A stretch of DNA of 51,743 nt, filler included, from Catajapyx aquilonaris (GCA_000934665.2; 3 parts of 3 records of this genome joined end to end with filler, not necessarily neighbours in it); one strand, 5' to 3'; shown: positions 12,650 to 26,214, counted from the first letter of the whole stretch. The notes: generated by a model from the letters alone, not told the origin. Program-made: numbers and translations.

Positions 12650-13950
12650 GTTACATTATGCGGGACGGTCCGAATGCATATCAAGCCTAGAATTTTCTCC
12701 CGCCCTTCCAAGTCAGAAAACAGAAGACTTTTCTGCTTATGAAAGTGCCACGTGACTAGGATGCCTTTTGACAAAATCCTCGAATAATTACAAGGCAGTA
12801 AAACACCAGATTTATCCAACCTAAAGGCGATAACTGTAGCTATTACGAAACGGGGGCTATATCCTGAAGTGGCTCAATTCACCTTGAACCCTATGTAGAG
12901 GTTAATCCGAGCAGCAGAGGCTGCTGAATATTGCTGCTAGGTGCAATTAGTCCGAGATCTCCGTCTCCAGAGAGCTTGTAATCACACACGAGAGTAAATT
13001 TGCTCAACCGTAGGAAAGGGTCTTTCCACCCTGCCCTTCGTTCCCTTTCTCCAAGTTCCATTTAAACCAGCTATTCCCAAGATCAGTAGTGGTTTCAGAT
13101 TCTACCTGTCATTTCAGCTGGAGCTTTGCTTGCAAATAGACCAACTAATAAGCAAAGACTTTGGCAACCAAATCCCGTTCCTGGATTTTCTTGACCAGTT
13201 ACGGGATATTCAGGTTCACCAATTGGTCGACTCTAATTTAGAGTTGGGAGGATTCGGGTTCAGTTCAGGACCTCCAATTTTGCAGTTTCACGTGCGACGA
13301 GAAGGCTCATTAGCCGGTGGATTACACATGTCATGGGATGTAAACAAGTCGATTTTATATTCGAACCAGTGCTATAGTAGGGGTTGTTATTGCGCATTTG
13401 GAGCGTGTTATTTGCACCTGGACGCTTTCGTACAAAAGACGTCTGATTTTTCTTGCCAAGAAGGTTCCAAGATCCAATTATTGACAGTTGGAGGAAACAG
13501 AATTTTGGCACAAGGCGCCATCGTTAAAAGTTGTGAAGTGGAATTCAACTAAGCGTGCATAAACCTTAGTGGTCCGCCATGTACTGCCAGGGACAAAATC
13601 AATACCAATTTTTTTTTTTTCCTCCAGTTCTGAGATACTGTATTGGGAATAGACTCGGGTTTCAAATGCTTCCTTGGGGGATTAGCTGTTCCTTGGTTGG
13701 CGACGAAATCCGGCTGCGTTGGTTAGCTGCGGAGGCGAATCCGTATTAGCTAGTGCAATCAATGAAGTTGCTGTGACAACACTGCAAAATTGAAAATTTT
13801 GGTCAGAAAGGAAAAACGGGAGAAACTTGATATTTAACTCTTCAAAAACTTCGCTTCAATCGATTTTTGGGAGTGAGATTGGTTCGGATTGGTCGCACTT
13901 TTGACCTGCAATTTTATCGGGAAGAAATTCGAAGGTGAAGGAGCACACCC
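12650..13950 (-). mobile_element. Possible highly decayed LINE 5' region (UTR, ORF1, start of ORF2)
   Basis: The minus strand begins GGTGTGCTCC and has ORF1-like stretches (LVEFHF..LDLGTFLARKIRRLLYE) broken by many stops. Weak support. Confidence 0.2.
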
Positions 13951-16189
13951 CGACTTTTTATTTCCTAATTGACGGTGCGCAATATTGAATTTCCGTTTTC
14001 AACGATGAGGGGAAATTGTCATGTACAACTTGTAGAAATATTGACACGGATGTAATAATTTTCTGCTTCATCTTTTCCAAATGAATCCGATGGTTTTTGC
14101 GTAGCAGATCAGCCCTGCACTGAAAGTTTTTTTTTTTACTGTGCGGCCGTATGTAATACATAATTATGTATCATAATATGGATAAAGGACAGCTTAGAAC
14201 TGATCTCCTCAGTTTGCGTCGTTTCTCCGACAGGTTTATAAATGATAAAATATGAGAAGTGGGTGTTTCACACTTGACACAGGCTTAATTAATAACTCCT
14301 GTCGTTATAATGTTACACTTGACAACTCTATCGCCACGTGCAGTAACAACTTTGACGGGAAGCAAAGTCACTGAAAGTCACACATCTGACTTGTTCTCTT
14401 CATGTTTCTATTTCCGAGAATAAAATTGAAAAACTTTTCCAAACTTTCAGGGGTTTCAAGTACGCAGTTGATAGTGGAGTAGTTTTAACGACGGATATAA
14501 TAAGGCTTCTTTCTGGGATATTTTTTTCCAACAATTCAGAAAAGAATAACAGGTAATGTACAGGATCTGGGTCAACTGGAAAGCTGCGTGTCACATAAAA
14601 ATCATTCCATATCATTAAAAACAGCATTTGAATTAGTGTGTTTTAAATAAATATTTTGAAATAAGGTAGTAGGTAAAAATTAATGCACTTTGTAATCAAC
14701 TATTATTTGATGGCGAGAAGAACACATAATGTTAAAATTGAGGCACCTTTTAATTGTTGAGGAAGTGATAATCCGAGTGATAATCGGTGATAATACATCG
14801 ATTGCGACCGACATTCATGAAATATTTCCAGAAACCGAAGCCTTTCACCAATACAAAAAGCTTAATTCGGTATTCATGTCCACGTGAAATCGTTAATTGA
14901 ACGACACGCCGAAATGATTTAGCCAGTATCTTTAGCCCTTGCTCTGAACAATTCACTCCTGCATTCCATTAATGCCATCTGATCACGGGACACCTCTCAT
15001 GCATAATACAGTGAGAAACGTGTGCCACTATGATATTCACAATTTGAACAGCATTCATAGATTCAAATTCCATATTAAATCCTTGCACCAAATGCCACGG
15101 TATGCCTGGCAGTTCCATACAACGATCATGGAGGCGGGCGGATTCTCCGCAAAATGTGGTCGATCAGGAATGCAGCGCCGCCATGTAACATTCTTCTGCA
15201 CTGCTTTCCCAGTTTGAGTCCAATCGACATGAATATAATTCGTTTCAAGCTGCATGGAAATAAAATGCGCAATTTTTCTAATAGGATGTTTTGATATTTT
15301 CAGAGAGTTGCAGCGTTTCAGCGGCTGAATACTGTTCAACAGGCTTTTGTCAAAACACCGAGAGAGTCTGCAAAGTCAAGGAGGATTGTGCTGCAGAATG
15401 TGGTAAGTGTGTTAATAATTTGCATTTTTCTATATTTGAAAGAATAGACAGTACTATACTGGGCAAAAAACGACAGTTAACAACAGTCCAGGGTAACGAA
15501 CAATTAAAGGTTTGTGAAGTCTTAATAAGCTCATATCATTGTACAACATTTAGTTAAATATCCAACTTCAAATGCCTAGCATATTGTTGTTTCACGTTAA
15601 AGTTATGAGAGTGAGTAATAACTTTTGCGGCGGGAAACATCACCTTTTCCCAATTTGTTTGTAGTTCGTGTGTAGAGATGGCGCTAGCAATGATTCGCTG
15701 GTGTTTAGTTCAGCCTGGTGAATGCGAGATGGCAGGCATGCATGCACATCGTCTGCCTTCCAATTTGGAGACACGCTCCACTGGGCATTTATCGCACCTG
15801 AATTTTCTCATCTCTGCATTCCAAACTGTGCTGCCACATGTCCCGGAAAATCAGGTCGTTGCTGCTGTATACGCAGCAAATATTATTCCCTCTCTCTAAT
15901 GAGACCCGATATAATTCCTTGAGCAGTATATATCCCGCTATTTATGTGGCAAAGTGACATCACAAGCGAGGGATGAAAACACATTTTTTTGTAGATCTCA
16001 CTGGATCGGAAAATTAAAGCTACGGCTTTCTGCACTGCAGCTCTTCAATTAATTCATTGGCCAGCGTTGAGCTTACAATTTGTCTCCGTAATCCAGCCAT
16101 TTTGTGCGGGTCAGTTAGCAGTGAGATTGGGAAAGCTTTTGCATCAAATACAAATGATGTTCCCGCATGTAACTTCCCTCACAGTTTCA

Positions 16190-16440
16190 CATCAGCACAT
16201 ATTCAACAGAAATTTTAAGTCAATTAATGCAGTTTTGGTGTTCCAAGGCTAGGCTGTATTTTTGGGGGGTATTTTTTGGACGTCCTGGTCTGTTCCATGC
16301 AGGAAAAAAATTTCCGCTTCCGTACAGCGACAAAAAGAGAACAAAGCCCGTCCTCTCCAGTAACGATTCCTTTCTCTGTCGACTTTGGAATTCCATGAGG
16401 ACGGGCACGAAAAGGAGGGTAAGACTTAAAAAAGAGAATA
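16190..16440 (-). pseudogene. Decayed non-LTR retrotransposon AP-endonuclease C-terminal fragment
   Basis: The minus frame gives NSKVDRERNRYWRGRALFSFCRCTEAEIFFLHGTDQD...ALIDL, resembling the LINE EN pattern RxSxDxxxNxxGRxLLxFCxxxxxxILNG...D...IDY. Confidence 0.35.
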
Positions 16441-17330
16441 TGCCCACCGTCTCCATTTGGGGAAGTAGCGTCTTTCTCATCTACAGTAGAGTTAAGCTAA
16501 ATGTGCTAAAACATTGTGTACAAATTACTAGAAAGCAAACGCAGAGACGGAAGTTGCCGGGTGTATAAACCTAATTCCGAATTAGTTCTCACCCTGTTTA
16601 GTAGCGCTAATCCCCCACTATCCGAGAACAAATCTTGATCCTAAATCCGATATTGCAATGCCTCACCCGATTGAGAGAGAGGATCAAATCTAGTCACCGT
16701 GAGCTTTGTTGGCAGAGGAAAATCTTTTCCTATATGCCACATGAAGACGCTTCTGGCCAACTCGTAACCGAATCAGCGGCTTTGGCCACTTGGAACATTT
16801 TCAATTACCTAAGTCAACTCAATTTGCTTCAGTAATTCCCCAGGTGCAGAGATGTTGCAGATTTTCTGAATGTGTATCAGTTGATACCTGTGGTAGGTTA
16901 GTTTCCATACCGGTACTGGAATTCAAAACATTTTGCAAAACCCAGTTGAAATTAACTTTATATTACTGTATTTATTTCTCTCATATTATTTATATGACAA
17001 CAGACAGAAAACTCGGGTAGAGCAACCTTTAGCAGATAAACAATTGCAATTTGAAGTAATTCGAGTCAGTAATTAATTTTATGACTATAACAGGCAACAG
17101 CCATTAGCAGGTCAAACAAAAATGTATTGTCAACGCATTTGAATTGAATGGTTCGAAATTGTAGACGTTATACAATATATTAAAAACTTATTGCAATTGG
17201 TCTTGTATGAAAATCTTGATTCGAGAAAATTCCTAGAGCTGGTTAAAAAAATTATATTCGCAGTTTGATTTAATTCAAACCATTTCCTTAATAATTGACA
17301 TTTTGGACATTTAAAATTGCAAATCTAATA

Positions 17331-17991
17331 TAAGTTAATAATCCTTTATCATAATTGATTGGAACCGGAAGTGTTTCGGATTTTTCAGATTTTGAAATAT
17401 TTGTACGCGTACATTTGCATCTATAAAGTGGGACAGCTTTGGAATGGGATAAATATCTTCCAAGGTATCCATATAGGCATAACATTTCCTTGTACCGAGG
17501 AGGCATGGTGGTCTATCGGCTACGCCGCTGCCCAGCCAAGCGGGAGGCCGGGGTTCAAATCCCGTCCCCGTCACCTCTGCTTGGCCGGGTCTTTTCCGCT
17601 TTTCACCCGATATGCCTGGGCAGAATTGCACTCCCTACTCTGCCCGGGGCCCGGAGAAAAGGTCTGGTGGTTACAGTTTATATCATACAGAGCCCCCCCC
17701 CCCCTCTTGGGAACCTCCTTTCCCCCCTTAAGACCAAGCAAGGTCAGCGTAGGGGTAATTAAAAATATAAATAAATAAATAAATAAATAAAACATTTCCT
17801 TGTACTGTACTAGTTATACATTTCTTAAATTTTCTTAATAAGGCATTGCATAATTTTGGACATCTATAGATACTGGTAATGATGACGCGAGTCATGTTAT
17901 ACTCGCATGAAATTTTCCGTTTGTAGCGCGTCATGTCAGAACTCAAAAAACTTTCGGATTTTGGAGGTTTTCGGAAACGATTTTCAACATG
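17331..17991 (+). mobile_element. pogo/Tigger-type MITE (Tigger4/MER46-like), copy 2, interrupted by a SINE
   Basis: GGAACCGGAAGTGTTTCGGATTTTTCAGATTTTGAAATATTTG ... CGTCATGTCAGAACTCAAAAAACTTTCGGATTTTGGAG..TCAACATG. Shares ATAAAGTGGGACAGCTTTGG with copy 1. Confidence 0.7.
17496..17790 (+). mobile_element. tRNA-derived SINE family B
   Basis: A-box-like TGGTGGTCTATCGG, B box GGTTCAAATCC and a (TAAA)n tail. 15-bp TSD AACATTTCCTTGTAC at 17481-17495 and 17791-17805. Confidence 0.92.
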
Positions 17992-19279
17992 TCCACCTTA
18001 TGAACTGGTCGGTTGAAGAACTTTGATACGACATTGAACGTGCATGTCAAAGTGTAGAATAAGACCGGAAATTCACAGACGCAAAAATTTCTAATTGTGT
18101 ATTTATATATCGGCATTTAGTGCTACAATTTTTGAATGCAAATTTTCCTAGTAGGTTCATTGGTAAGGTTAAGGCAGAATTTTGCAGAAAATGGTTTTTC
18201 TAATTTCGCCTCTCGCACTCTATTATGATACTGGGGTATGTTGTATTGGGGTCATTTTAGTTAGACCCTCTCGAAGTTGTTATTTTTGCATAGCATTTTT
18301 CGATCCCAGTCCGAGGTCACCAATATATTGTTCCTAGGTTGGTCGAATACAGCAACTGTTATATATTGGGAACCTCGATCGGGGCGCACGAAGCTATACA
18401 AAACTGACAACTTCCGCGAAATGTCCTATAAATAAATGACGCGAAACCTAGGGGAGAAACCTAGGCAGAAAGCATAATACGTGTGACTTCCGATCAAAAT
18501 ACTCTTATGATGCATACTTTGATGGGATCTATCTTTATTTTTTAAATTAAATTAAACTATTACGTCATGTGCAAATCTCGAAAGAGTGAGTAACAATGGT
18601 CACTGTACTGATGTAAGCACACCTGGGACAGTAACTTACGAGCTTTCAAGTACGCAACATGACGTCACGACCTGGCAGCTCGAAGTGACCATAGTTGTAT
18701 TGTCTTTTGATTTTTCCGACCCGGATCTAGTCCGGGCTCCAAAAATTGATATGTCCAGAAACCTGTGAAGAAAATACCAAAGGTAATATGAGCTGGTGTA
18801 AGTGACTACCCTGAACTACACCTTGCCAGGGGACGAGGCAAAGGCTGACACGATGACATTCGAGTGGTTGTAGCAATTTTCCGTTTAGGCAGAAGGAGAT
18901 AGTCTCAATTGTTTCCTACTCCGAGGATGCAAATACACATGACAGGTATTTGCAAATGGCGAATTTCTAATGCTATAATGCATAAAAAATCTCATTTGTG
19001 AATTTTTGTTTATAGTTTCTGTACCCACTCACAGATGGCGTTAGTGGTGCGCAACGTTGTTGACATGTAGCAATTTAATAGATGGGCACTTGAAGCTCTT
19101 TCTAATTTTTTCGCACTGCAGAGATCCTGATGCAGATTTGTTTTCATGATTTAAGTCACAAACAACTTCATTTGGTCAATTTTCAGCTAGTAGTTACCAT
19201 TACCCTCCACATCGCGGCGCGGGGTTAGGACGGGACAAGGGGGGAGAGCGTGGGAGGGGGAGACAAGGCAGGGGAGAGT

Positions 19280-19327
19280 GGGGGAATGGGGGAATGGGGG
19301 AATGGGGGAATGGGGGAATGGGGGAAA
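19280..19327 (+). repeat. (GGGGGAAT)n G-rich tandem repeat
   Basis: About 6 copies of an 8-bp unit inside a longer G-run tract (about 19220-19330). Confidence 0.9.
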
Positions 19328-20538
19328 TGTACGTGGGACGCCATATTTGCCGGCGAAAGCCCGTGATTGGCCCTGATTAGAATACCAATATGGACGATGA
19401 AGTATGAACAAGTTATTATTGCCGTCGTGACTTTGATTTTGGTAGCTGAATTTACCACGGAAACGATGGACGTCTGGGCCCGGATCGACAATGTCAAAGG
19501 AAGACAGGAAATGCTCTGGCGGGAAAAACCAGTCCATGAGCAATTCCACGTGAAGTGCATCACCTTTTTCACGAAAAAATTTGCCCGTCGCGTCGGTGAG
19601 TTTGAGATATGTTGTAGTCCAGGTCCAGTTAAGGACCTTTCCCATAAGAATTTGCTCCGATGATGCGTGGCTGCCTATCTGCAGGCGCAAATTGTACCTT
19701 AATCACATTTAGAGGCGTCCCGCTATTACATTTACACGACAACATAAATGCATGATGTAATACATGTTTCATGTGTCATTTTCTCCTCTTTACGAAAGAA
19801 ATGTTTATTTTCCGACATCTGTGTAAATTAATGCCGAAAAGCGAGATTTTTTGGGGGGGAGTGGGAAATGTAATTTTCGAATCAAAGTCCAAAGTTAAAT
19901 GCCATCACATTGACATCATTTACCCCTCATAGTGTCCTCTATCTGTGATGCAAACTGAATTATGGGTAACGAAATGGTTACGGAGCTATAGGCACTGACA
20001 GGGAGGGCTGCCAGAGTGCCACCCCACAGAGTGAAAATAAGTGGCCCATATGGAGCCAGAAGTAATTTTCATTGCATGTCTAAATAGTGAACGTTGATGT
20101 GGACTTTGACTAGGAAGGTCTAGAGGTAGGCCCTATAAATAAACCAATACAGAGTAGGCTGCAATGCATTTTTATTCTAACTTAATCAAGATTTTTTGAC
20201 ATTAACATGGAATATTAATTTATTCTCACTTTACCATAGTAAATACACTAAATGAACTTCATAGATTGATATTGTTGAATATTTTCTTACAATTATTAGA
20301 TCCGTCTTTTCATAATTGGGAATAAAACAGAGGCATTGCAATGTTCCAGGCACTGTGCTTGATACAGCAAATCTCCTCTGCACAGTTCATCCTTTATTCT
20401 CTCGTGATTATCTGACGAGTAAGAATAATGTATATCTGTCACACACACACCCCGGAGCTCGAGTTGAGAGGTTGACCCTGCTCTGCTCCTGCTACGCCTG
20501 CATATTTAACCAAGAGTGTGCCCCATTTTCTTTTTTTC

Positions 20539-20638
20539 NNNNNNNNNNNNNNNNNNNNNNNNNNNNNNNNNNNNNNNNNNNNTTAATTAATTAANNNNNN
20601 NNNNNNNNNNNNNNNNNNNNNNNNNNNNNNNNNNNNNN
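20539..20638. other. Assembly gap linker (44 N + TTAATTAATTAA + 44 N)
   Basis: Artificial spacer with stops in all frames; an identical construct is at 36118. Confidence 0.97.
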
Positions 20639-20669
20639 AAGCAGGGGCACAGCAGAGGTTACGGATCCC

Positions 20670-23600
20670 TTGCTTCTTGCAGAAAAGACTACTAGGGAGA
20701 AATGCGGTCGCAGGCGCTCGATTCCTTGCGACATTATTTCTGGTGGCCACGGTTTCCGTTGCCAAAGCACCCAGTTCGCCGGAACTGCCGTCACTTCCAG
20801 ACGGTATAAACACACCTTCAGTCATCATAAACGGCATACCACCCGTGCCTTGATAGACACGGGAGCTGCATGTGGTAAGCCTCAAGCTATGGAACAGTCT
20901 TCCTCCCCACCAAAAACCACCACTAACCCCAAGCCCTACCACCCTAAGGTTGGGAGATAATCGTCGAGTTACTCTCAAAGGCTCAGTCGAGTTGCTAGTC
21001 ACTATTGGAAGAGAAACCTACCCTGTTCGGTTCTTAGTCATACCGAACCCCATTGTAGAAATGTTGTTGGGTATGGACTTCCTAAAACAACCGGGAAGTC
21101 ACATTGATCTCTTGACTGACACACTGGTCTGCCAACCAACCCCTAAGCAACAAACCCTTTCCCCTTCCCCACCTAATAAGGTTCGCCTTTCCCTTTTTGA
21201 AGATGTTACTTCACCACCAAAGAGTGAAGTCATCATCCCTTGTGTTGTCTCTACTGAAGGCAACCAAAACACGTTCGCCCCAGGTGTTGTGGAACCATGT
21301 TTGGAGAATGCCGACAAGTTCAATTTTCTCCTTGCTCGATGTCTGGTCGACCCTACCGATGGTCCTAACCCTGGTATCGTCCCTGTACGAGTGGCAAACG
21401 TCCTCCCTACCAGTTCCTCCATCACCAAATCTACCACTATTGGGTTCTTGGCACCCATATCCACGGACTCTGATCCCTGTGAGTCAGGTTATGTCCTACA
21501 TGAACCCCAAGTCCCTATCCCTTCCTCCTCTAAGGAAATTCCTGAGTGGATAACGGAAACGCTAAAGAAGGTCTCCTTACCTACCTCAGAATTATCCCAG
21601 CTGAAAGACCTCCTGGTACGTTACCAGTGTCTGTTCAGTACATCCCCTTTCGACCTAGGTCGAACAGAGAGGGTCCCCCATACCATTAATACGGGTGACG
21701 CCCCTCCTATCAAGCAACCGTTCCGCAGAACCGCACCATCACAAAAGAAGGTCATAATAAAAGGAACATGTTGAATCCATGCTTCAACATGGAATTGTCA
21801 AGCCTAGTCACAGTCCCTGGAGCAGTCCAATATGCCTCGTTTCAAAACCCGATGGCAGCCCCAGGTTCTGTATTGACTACAGAAGGGTAAATGCAGTAAC
21901 GCGCCTTGACGCCTACCCCCTTCCAAGGGTAGACGATTCCTTGGACGCGCTCTCAGGGGCCCAGTACTTCTCAACGCTGGATTTAACAGCTGGGTACAGT
22001 ACTGGCAAGTGGAGATATCTCCGGAGGACAGACCGAAAACGGCTTTTCAGTCCCCGGAGGTGGCTTGTACGAGTTTAACGTCCTACCCTTTGGGCTGGTA
22101 AATGCGCAATCCACTTTCCAAAGGTTAATAGAGCAGGTATTGGCAGGACTCACCTGGGAGTCTTGTTTGATCTCCCTTGATGATGTGCTCGTATTCGCCC
22201 CGACTTTCTCCTCACATCTTGAGCGGCTCGAATCCGTGTTTCAGAGATTAGAGACCGCCAATTTAAAGATGAAGCCCTCAAAGTGCCAATTTGCACTCCC
22301 TGAGATAAAGTACCTTGGACATGTCAGCCGAATGGGAATTCATCCCGACCCGGACAAGGTTCTTAGCATTACTGCCTACCCGGTTCCGAAATCTGTTACT
22401 GAGGCCAGATCCTTTGTAGGACTCGTTTCCTACTATCGAAGGTTTATACCTAAGTTTTCTGAAGTCGCTAAGCCCTTACACGATTTAACGAGTAAGAAGT
22501 CGGTGTTCCACTGGGAAAAAGCAGAACAGAGAGCTTTTGAAACCCTAAAAGAAAAGCTATCAACAGCACCCATCGCATCCTAGCATATCCAGATTTTACC
22601 CTGCCTTTCCGCATCTACACGGATGCGAGTGCCATCGGCATTGGGAATATCCTATCCCAGGTACAGCACGGAAAGGAGAGGACTCTGGTTTATTCCAGCA
22701 AGCTACTTTCGGCCGCTGAACGCAACTACTCCGTTATTGAGCGAGAGGCTTTGGGCATTATCCAGGCCTTAAAAACATTCCGCCCGTACATCTACGGCCA
22801 AAGTTGCGAAGTCATTACAGACCACAACCCCCTTCGGTGGCTACGGTCTATGAAGAACCCGACAGGACAGTTTGCCCGTTGGATTCTGATGCTGGAAGAG
22901 TATTCCTCTCACATATCATACAAGCCAGGGAAACTCCTAACACACGTTGATGCCTTATCCCGGTTACCCCAGCCGTCGGCTGAGGTCACTTGCTCTCCGG
23001 TTGGAAACCAACCTCTCGCTTCTGATTGGCAAAACCGCGACTCAGGTATCTTGAACCTCAGACAACATTTGTACCACGGTACACCGCTGAATCCAGATTC
23101 AGTGTGGAAGAAGGATCTTCCATATTTGGTCGTGGACAAACACTTGGTGTATCGGCGAAAAGGCGTCAGAGATAACGAGGTCCTTATTCCTCCTGGCCAA
23201 GGGAAAGCTATTTTCGACCTGTACCACAATTCAGTGACCGGTGGTCACTACGGGTTCGAAAAACTTACGACAAAATCAAATCCCGATTCTATTGGCCTAA
23301 CATCAGTGGTGATATTAGGACTTGGTGCCGTGAATGTCAGATCTGTCAACAGACGAAATCGCCTCGGACCAAGTTCAAATCACCTCTGCAGCCTATTGAG
23401 ATTGGATCCCCCATGGAAATGCTAGGCATTGATTTGATCGGTCCTTTGCCAGTCACAAAAGCCGGTAACAAATACGTGCTGGTCGTAGTGGACTTCTTCA
23501 CTAAGTGGGCTGAAGCCTACCCGTTACCCAGTATCGATGCAGTCACTGTTGCTCAGGCATTTGTGAAGGAGTTTGTATGTCGTTTTGGCATCCCATCTGT

Positions 23601-24532
23601 TTTGCTCTCGGACAAAGGCACCCAAGTCGACAGCACCGTATTCCATGAAATCAGTCGGATCCTTTCCTTCACCCAGGCCCGGACGCCCTCGTATCACCCA
23701 CAGGGAAACGGCATGGTCGAGAGGCTAAATGGAACTCTAGTTCAGCTTCTCAAGGCTCAGATATCTTCTAACCCAGATCACTGGGATGAGCTAATGCCGT
23801 ACACCTTGGTCTCCTACCGAAATAACATCCATGCCTCCACTAAAGTCACTCCTTTCAGGATGACATTCGATAGAGAAGCAAAACTACCCGAAGACTTACT
23901 CCTTTTGGGTAGATCAAACGAAGGCGAAACCTCTTCTGGTTACGTCCGACGGATGGCCAAGGACATCCATGAGCTATTCCGAAAGGCACGTCTGAAACTA
24001 GACGCTGCCCGCCAGAAACAAAAGAATCAATACGACAAAACCGTTCATGGAAAACCTTACCCGGAGGCCGGAGGATTCATGGGTTTGGTTGAAACGTGGG
24101 CTACGTCGTAAATTCCAGAAACCATGGGCAGGACCATACAAGGTCATTCGCCGGTTGGGCGACTCCACATACAAGATTGAAGACTTTGATTCGCACGTCG
24201 AACAAGTGCACTTCAATCGGTTGAAACCTGCCTATAGCATCACCAATCCATCTCAAACTACTCCTACCCAACGACAGAGTACCACCCCGTCCACACCATT
24301 CATGTGTTTCCCTCCATCCATGACGACTCTCCCGTTTGATTCCTCTGGTCCATCCTCGCCTACGCATTCGACGCGCGACAGTACCGCACCTGTCGCGTCT
24401 ACACCAGAGAGAGGTTCACCAGTTTCTTCTACGCCGCCCTCACCTGAGTGCGATAGCGCAGCTGAAACAACGCCGACGACCTCTGACAGGATACCCTCAC
24501 CGAGACACCGCCTGAGACGTCTACCCAGCTGA
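20670..24532 (+). pseudogene. pol: Gypsy pol pseudogene (protease, RT, RNase H, integrase) with several frameshifts and stops
   Basis: Protease ALIDTGA and LLGMDFL. RT SPWSSPI..RFCIDYRRVN..YPLP..FSTLDL..LPFGL..SLDDVL..KCQF..YLGH. RNase H YTDAS..NYSVIERE..TDHNPL. Integrase H..GGH..C..C, GIDLIGP, SDKGTQ, GMVERLN and the GPY motif PWAGPYKV. Confidence 0.95.
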
Positions 24533-25093
24533 CCGACCGCCAGAAACGACGGCTACAAGCCCGCCAGTTGCCGCACCGCCTGCCGCTGGTCCCGGGGTCC
24601 CTGCTAGAAGCTCAGCTGCACCAGTGCCTGCCGTACGACCTAAGCACACGCAGCCTGCCCTTCATGCAGGACAACCCGGCACGTCAACAGCTGCCCCTCC
24701 ACGCCTGCCAACAATTCCGACCAGGCGCTTCTACCCGAAGGCGCAATGGCCGTACCATACACCGGGACGACCACCACCCACAAGTAGAGGTAGAGGACCC
24801 ATCAGCAGACGTCCTCCGAGAACGAAGAAGTACACCGTAACAACGGATGAAGACTCACCCCCTGATCCCGGCGCAGCCATCATGTGCACGGGACCATTCA
24901 GCGACTCCGACGAAGACCTAGACTGAGTTGGTGTTCGCCGGTGTGTGTTATTTGAACTTCACACATGTGCTACTAAAGTGTATTAGTGTAATTTGTTTAG
25001 AATAAGGGTGGCCACCCACATTTGTTTTAGCGTTAAGGTATTTATGTTCACTCGCTCAGTAGATACCCTGTGCGAGAGCTTCATCGGGAGGTG

Positions 25094-25468
25094 TGTGACA
25101 GAAGTACGTCACGCATTCATTCCAGTTCTTTCTTTTTTTCTCTCACCTTGAGTTATATCCCACTCAAGGTCCCCCCCCCTTTTTTGTGCCCCTCTCCACC
25201 CACATGCTCTGACGTCACTCCCATCATGCATTGTGTTTTGGTAGTATAAAAAGGGGGCTCTCTGTACACTCATGGCCAGTCGTTGGGAGAATACCCTGAT
25301 TGCTGGTCGTGGGCAGTTTTACTGTGCCGGTTTCCCCTTACCTATCCTTACCATAGTTATCCTTTATTTTCCACTTTTTCTCCTTATGTTTCTGTACTCT
25401 CGTACGTAAATAAATATCTGTACTGAGCATAGAACCCACGGGTGTCTTTCGTACCTGCTACGGTTACA
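25094..25468 (+). repeat. 3' LTR of Gypsy element 1
   Basis: TGTGAC...GTTACA termini, TATAAAA at about 25245, AATAAA at about 25409, preceded by GGGAGGTG. Confidence 0.85.
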
Positions 25469-25562
25469 CTGTGCTGCAAAATTCCCTGGCCAGGAGTAGG
25501 CTGTAAATATGTGTAGAAATTAAAATAAATTAGAACCAGCTTGATTTATAGTGCCTATTTAA

Positions 25563-25977
25563 AGGGACAATCCACTCAAAATGCAAGTTGGCCCCCAAAA
25601 ATCGGGGGGAAAATCCTGATTCCGAATGTGCAATCGGTTTTTTTTACGCCCAACGGTAACAGGGAAAATCATATATCTACACACGTCGTCTGTTAAGAAG
25701 GGCGATACAACAGCATCTCGCGGCAAACCGGAGAAGTATAATGTGCTCAGTAAACACCATGCAGCGCCAGGCGAGCATTGTCTAGTTCCGCCCGGTTCCA
25801 CTCTGGTGGCGTCGCCACCTGCGCCCACCTGCCCCGCGCGCTGTTTTCGAAAGACACACTTCCAGCTTTCACACTGGCCTTACCGTTCGCCTCTAAGAAA
25901 AACTGCTTATACCCTCGGAATCAGGATTTTTTGCCCGATTTTTAGAACCCAACTTGTATTTTGAGTGGAGTGTCCCT
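25563..25977. mobile_element. Kolobok-like MITE with TTAA TSD, copy 1
   Basis: TTAA|AGGGACAATCCACTCAAAATGCAAGTTGG...CCAACTTGTATTTTGAGTGGAGTGTCCCT|TTAA. An inverted second copy is at 50456-50866. Confidence 0.88.
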
Positions 25978-26109
25978 TTAAGGGCCTATTTTGACTGTTT
26001 TCAATGCCTACCGGTAAATGCCTACCAATTTGAGGGTTTTTTAGAACCTAGAAATCCGCTCTCTACTGATGACTAACTTACTAAATTTCGAACGGTGGAA
26101 TTGGGTGCC

Positions 26110-26214
26110 TGGAATTCTCGTCGTACTACTAGTTACTGCTAACTTAGCAGTACCATTGCACTACACAGGTACTGCAAAGTTAGAAGTAACTATAGTAGTA
26201 CGACAAAAATTCCA
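26110..26214. repeat. Imperfect palindrome or small MITE
   Basis: TGGAATTCTCGTCGTACTACTAGTTACTGCTAACTT.GCAGTACC...GGTACTGCAAAGTTAGAAGTAACTATAGTAGTACGACAAAAATTCCA. Confidence 0.65.

Larger units (their letters stand above)
20639..25468 (+). mobile_element. Ty3/Gypsy LTR retrotransposon 1 (5' end lost in the gap; decayed)
   Basis: Domain order PR-RT-RH-IN followed by a purine-rich tract and a TG...CA LTR. Confidence 0.95.

Noticed and set aside
20290..20465. Minus-strand PPT/LTR junction (GGGGTGTGTGTGTGACAG) before the gap
   Set aside because: No matching LTR end or internal sequence could be established.
20583..20594. TTAATTAATTAA palindrome, also at 36162-36173
   Set aside because: It is centred between equal N runs, so it is an artificial gap spacer and not biological.
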